A stretch of DNA of 64,000 nt from Amoebophrya sp. A120 (Eukaryota; Protista; Dinoflagellata), in NCBI GenBank assembly GCA_905178155.1, contig CAJINV010000002.1, forward strand, positions 3,474,757 to 3,538,756, in the 5' to 3' direction. How positions within the stretch are numbered: the stretch's first letter is position 1; each line of letters opens with the position of its first letter. The translations under genes were made by a program, and so were the position numbers. This document shows, piece by piece, positions 60,601 to 64,000 of this stretch. Under the pieces are notes generated by a model. The model did not search any database, was not told the origin of the DNA, and saw nothing but the letters and a program-made list of their open reading frames with translations.

Positions 60601-63600
60601 CGGTGGAGGAGGAGGAGGCGTCGAATACGAAAAATAAGAAACCGAAGAACAAGGCGCTCTACTCATTATCCAGTGCAAAAGTATCGTACTCGTAGTAATT
60701 GCAGTCATGCATTACAAATCTCGTTCTCAAGGCAAATCAGCATGACAAATTCCATTTGTCATGCTGAGCGAATTTGTATTGCAATTCATACTAGGACGAT
60801 GCTTTTGCAATGCATACTCATCGAACCAAGACGAGTTTCATCTCACGGCCGTATGCTGTGCAAAAGTATCGTACTCGTACTAATTGTATTTATGCATTAC
60901 AAATCTAGTTCCCAAGGCAAATCCGCATTAAAAATTCAATTTGTAATGCTGAGCCAATTTGTATTGCAATTTATACTAGTACGTTACTTTTGCAATTCAT
61001 AGGCCGAGGAGTTCTCGGATCACTTGCGAAGAGTTTGGAAAGTTCTCAACGATATCAAATGCAAAAATGTCTGGGTCTGGAAGGATCCGAATTTGTGATG
61101 CGAATTCCACAACACGCACAAATCTTTCATGCATAGGCAGCAAAAGGTTCCCACTTTCTGTCACCAAACAGGGGGATTTGCCATGCGGATTAAGCATTGC
61201 GGAACGTTCTCGAAATCTGTGATGCTAGGGCTTCCATGACAGACCCTCTAAGTCATGCAAAAACACCATGACAAAAATCTGCATTCTTCCAGACCCAGAC
61301 ATTTTTGCAATCCATAAACGACAACGTTTTGCAGAAGAAGATCAAATACATCGGAGTGTGCAACTTTTCCGAGAACGACTTGAAAATTCTAGCCGGAATG
61401 ACGTCCATGATTAGTCCGTCTATGTCGAAGGAGCTGTCCGACAAGCGATCAAACGTCGATGTTCTTGATGTTGAACCACCGCGAGACGATGAAGTCTACA
61501 AACCCGCCCCAGCAATACGCTTCCCTGACGTCGTGCAAGGGAAGTTTTCTCTGTTTCATCCCTGGAACGCCTACGCAGATCCGGAGGGGGAGTATCAGTC
61601 GGTGCTGGGGAGATATGTGGAAAGAAGGGACGACGAGAAAGAATCAGAATGTGAAGCGCGACAAAGTTACAGTACCAGCAGTTCTTTATCTCCAGGAGTT
61701 GTTTTCGACGGCGTTTCGCTAGTCCAAGAAGTGAATCACGAGGGTCTGTTCAGCGTGTTTAACTGCGGGAAATTGGTCGAGAAGATAGTGGAAGCTGTGT
61801 CCGCTTGTAGTACAACGACAGATGTCATGCAGCATTTACTGAAGTGGAGAAGCGACTGGCGAGGGTACTGCGGCTTGGTTCGGTGCCGGACGAAGGAGCA
61901 CTTGAATGACGTTTTTTCTCCTACTGCTCAAGGTCAAGGGGGACAGCATGACAAATCTCGATCACCTCGTCCGTCAAGCATGACAAATTACACGACCCTC
62001 TATCGCATCTTCGACAGCCTGCACCGGTTGATCACGCTGGAGACCTTCAACTTCAGTCCGGTAAACCCACTAGCTTCTCATGCGGAAATCGCTTTGCAAA
62101 GCAGTTCGACGTCATCCCTCTACCTTGAATCCCGCCGGAACTTTCTCCTGACCGAACTGTTCGCCCTTGAGGAAAAAACGCCCTTTTTCGACGAGGAGCT
62201 GGCGATGCAGCAGTTTCAATCGATCATGAACAGTAGCAAAGGCTTCCCTGATTTGATCGAAAAACTGAAGCAGCAATTGAAGAAGAACGGCGCCACGGGG
62301 TTGCTCTCGACAAAAGCCTTTGTCGCGGCGATCCGAAATTTCGTTCAGGAGGCGAAAAGAAGAAACTTTACCAACCGCGTGCAGATCTACGAGAAAGTAG
62401 AGCAGCTGTTGGTGGAGCTGTACGAAACGGAGAGGAAGTCCAGCTTTGAGAAGTTGAAAGAGTATTTGAAAGAAAGAAACGAACGGAAGGAGAAGGAGGA
62501 GAAAGATTTGAAAAAATCCTATAACTACAGCTGGGACAGCGCGCTGCGGGGGAACAGCTGGGTGTTCGATGGGTTCAGTGAGGAGAAAGGTAGTAAGGCT
62601 GCTGGTGGTGGTACGTCTGCAGGTAATTATGGCGGTAGCTCAGCATCCTCGTCTAGTTCCCCCGACGCCGTTGTGATCGACGCGGAGGATTTACCAAAGT
62701 ATTTCAAGGACGACGGCGAAAATAACGGAAGATCGGAATCTTACTTCAAACTCGCGTGGTCTAGCCCGAAAGAGCAGAAAAAAACGTGGGAGCAAATTAA
62801 CAAATCCTTGGACAAAAATCACTTCGCAATCATCGACAACTTCATGACGTTGCCCACTGCCACCAAAATCAAGCAGGAGGTGTTTGACTTGAATTTCACG
62901 CCCTCGGAAATTTGGGTCGGCAGGGATGGGGGGATCGGTGCGCACGTGCACAAGCTATGCAATACAAATTTCCTGTACATGTACAAAATGCATGACAAAT
63001 TTCGCTAATTCGGAGTGTCGAACTTGTCATGCTGACTAGGAACGAGAGAGAGTTTTGTCATGCAGAGACTGCATTTGTGCGTGTACGGGAAATTTACTGT
63101 GCATACAAGCCCGAGGTTCGGGGGGATGACATCATCTGGATCTGCGGCCAGCACAAGACGCACTGGAAGGTATGCATTGCAAAAGTATCGTACAACTAGT
63201 AGTGATTGCATTACAAATTTGCTTAGCATTACAAACGAAATTTGTAATGCGGTTTCACCTTCGGAAGGAGATTTGTCATGCATAAGAGCAAGAAGTACTA
63301 CGAGTGCGATACTTTTGCAGAGCATAGAAGGAGAGATTGTACGACTCCGCCGGGGTGCAACCGGAAAGCCATGGAATCGGAAAACAAGCCGGGTTGCAGG
63401 TGTGTAAGTTACCGGAGGAGAATGAGGATCCGATTCCGAATCTTCTTGTAGCTGGGTCTTCAAATGCCGAGAAGAAGAAAAACCCGAATAAGAAACCGCA
63501 CCAATCCGAGTTTCCCACTTTATCCAGCACGTTGAATACTTTGGATAGCAAAATCTACGAGAATATCAAATGCGTCGGCGAACTCGTGGAGCGCTCTGAC

Positions 63601-64000
63601 TGCATGATCGGGCGGTACTCGGGGCAGAAAAAGGCAAGATTTCAGAAGCACGTGGACAACACGCAGGAAGATGGGCGTAGACTCGCTTGCGTCGTGTACT
63701 TAAACGACCCGGAGTGTTGGAACGTGGAGGAAGACGGTGGGGACTTGAAACTGCATCTTCCACAGACAATTATCAAATGTAAAAATGTCTGGGTCTGGAA
63801 GAATGCATGTTTGTCATGCTTGTCTGGCATGACTCTCAAATCTGTCATGCACTTGACCCACGAGCCCCATTCTTCTGTGATGCAGAAACGCAGTTTGTCA
63901 TGCAGAATAGGCAACACCTAGGACCTCAGAAACTTGTCATGCTGAGCCAGCATTTGTAGCCTCATCATGAGACGCCACCCAGCATCACAAGTTTCCAGAC
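57688..64000 (+). CDS. Aldo-keto reductase fused to EGLN/PHD-type 2OG-Fe(II) prolyl hydroxylase; 3' end beyond window
   Basis: AKR: MPVLGLGLWK, FDTAATY, FIQTKL, YIDLYLIHHP, IKYIGVCNF; PHD: VRGDDIIW, CMIGRY..FQKHVDN..DGRRLACVVYLN..W....GGDLKL. Confidence 0.85.
58331..58556. mobile_element. Introner, family E
   Basis: TSD GGGTA/GGGCA. Confidence 0.87.
58646..58801. mobile_element. Introner, family C
   Basis: TSD CCGAC/CCGGC. Confidence 0.88.
58864..59112. mobile_element. Introner, family A
   Basis: TSD GCTGT/ACTGT. Confidence 0.88.
59403..59681. mobile_element. Introner, family B (end mutated ATA to AAA)
   Basis: TSD AACTC/ACCTC. Confidence 0.88.
59748..60042. mobile_element. Introner, family B
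   Basis: TSD GCAGA/GCAGA. Confidence 0.92.
60262..60519. mobile_element. Introner, family A (inverse of 50705-50959)
   Basis: TSD TCGAC/TCGAC. Confidence 0.92.
60667..60816. mobile_element. Introner, family C
   Basis: TSD CTCAT/CTCAT. Confidence 0.92.
60852..61001. mobile_element. Introner, family C
   Basis: TSD GGCCG/GGCCG. Confidence 0.92.
61053..61316. mobile_element. Introner, family A
   Basis: TSD AACGA/AACGA. Confidence 0.92.
62956..63105. mobile_element. Introner, family J (AAATTTCC.GTACA TIR)
   Basis: TSD CAAGC/CAAGC; removal gives HKPEVRGDDIIW. Confidence 0.88.
63171..63326. mobile_element. Introner, family C
   Basis: TSD GAAGG/GAAGG. Confidence 0.92.
63771..64000. mobile_element. 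Introner, family A, truncated by window end (inverse of 16746-17001)
   Basis: Left TIR TATCAAATGTAAAAATGTCTGGGTCTGGAA; right TIR begins at the window edge. Confidence 0.88.

Noticed and set aside
63564-63575. TATCAAATGC resembling a family A end
   Set aside because: No TCTGGGTCTGG follows, no partner TIR, and the frame (ENIKCVG) is uninterrupted
8566-63921. Recurrent short ORFs with KMSGSG, CKNVWVWK, FQTQTF, LSKNVPTP, CKSIVLV
   Set aside because: These are translations of the element TIRs, not a protein family
1-64000. Autonomous transposase, rRNA or tRNA genes
   Set aside because: No DDE, reverse transcriptase or recombinase motifs and no recognisable structural RNA seen by eye

Overview
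Eukaryotic (alveolate-like) genomic DNA, best matching the parasitic dinoflagellate Amoebophrya (inference from intron architecture). All ten recognisable genes lie on the + strand: ODF3/STPG-like flagellar protein, THUMP (Tan1-like) protein, DJ-1/PfpI protein, a multi-PH-domain protein, a frameshifted GT32-like glycosyltransferase, a DUF1115/RWDD2-like protein, two tandem paralogues of unknown function, an unknown protein with a hydrophobic N-terminus, and an aldo-keto reductase/EGLN-type prolyl hydroxylase fusion. The dominant signal is about 62 short (mostly 140-380 bp) MITE-like elements interrupting six of these genes. Most have TAT...ATA termini, terminal inverted repeats (TIRs) and a 5-bp direct repeat (TSD). 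By hand, removing the element plus one TSD copy restores the reading frame and conserved protein motifs, so they behave as non-GT-AG introns (introners). They fall into several TIR families that share an end code and an internal TGTVATGC motif, insert in both orientations and are absent from intergenic DNA. Gene models were spliced by eye, so coordinates may be off by a few bases.
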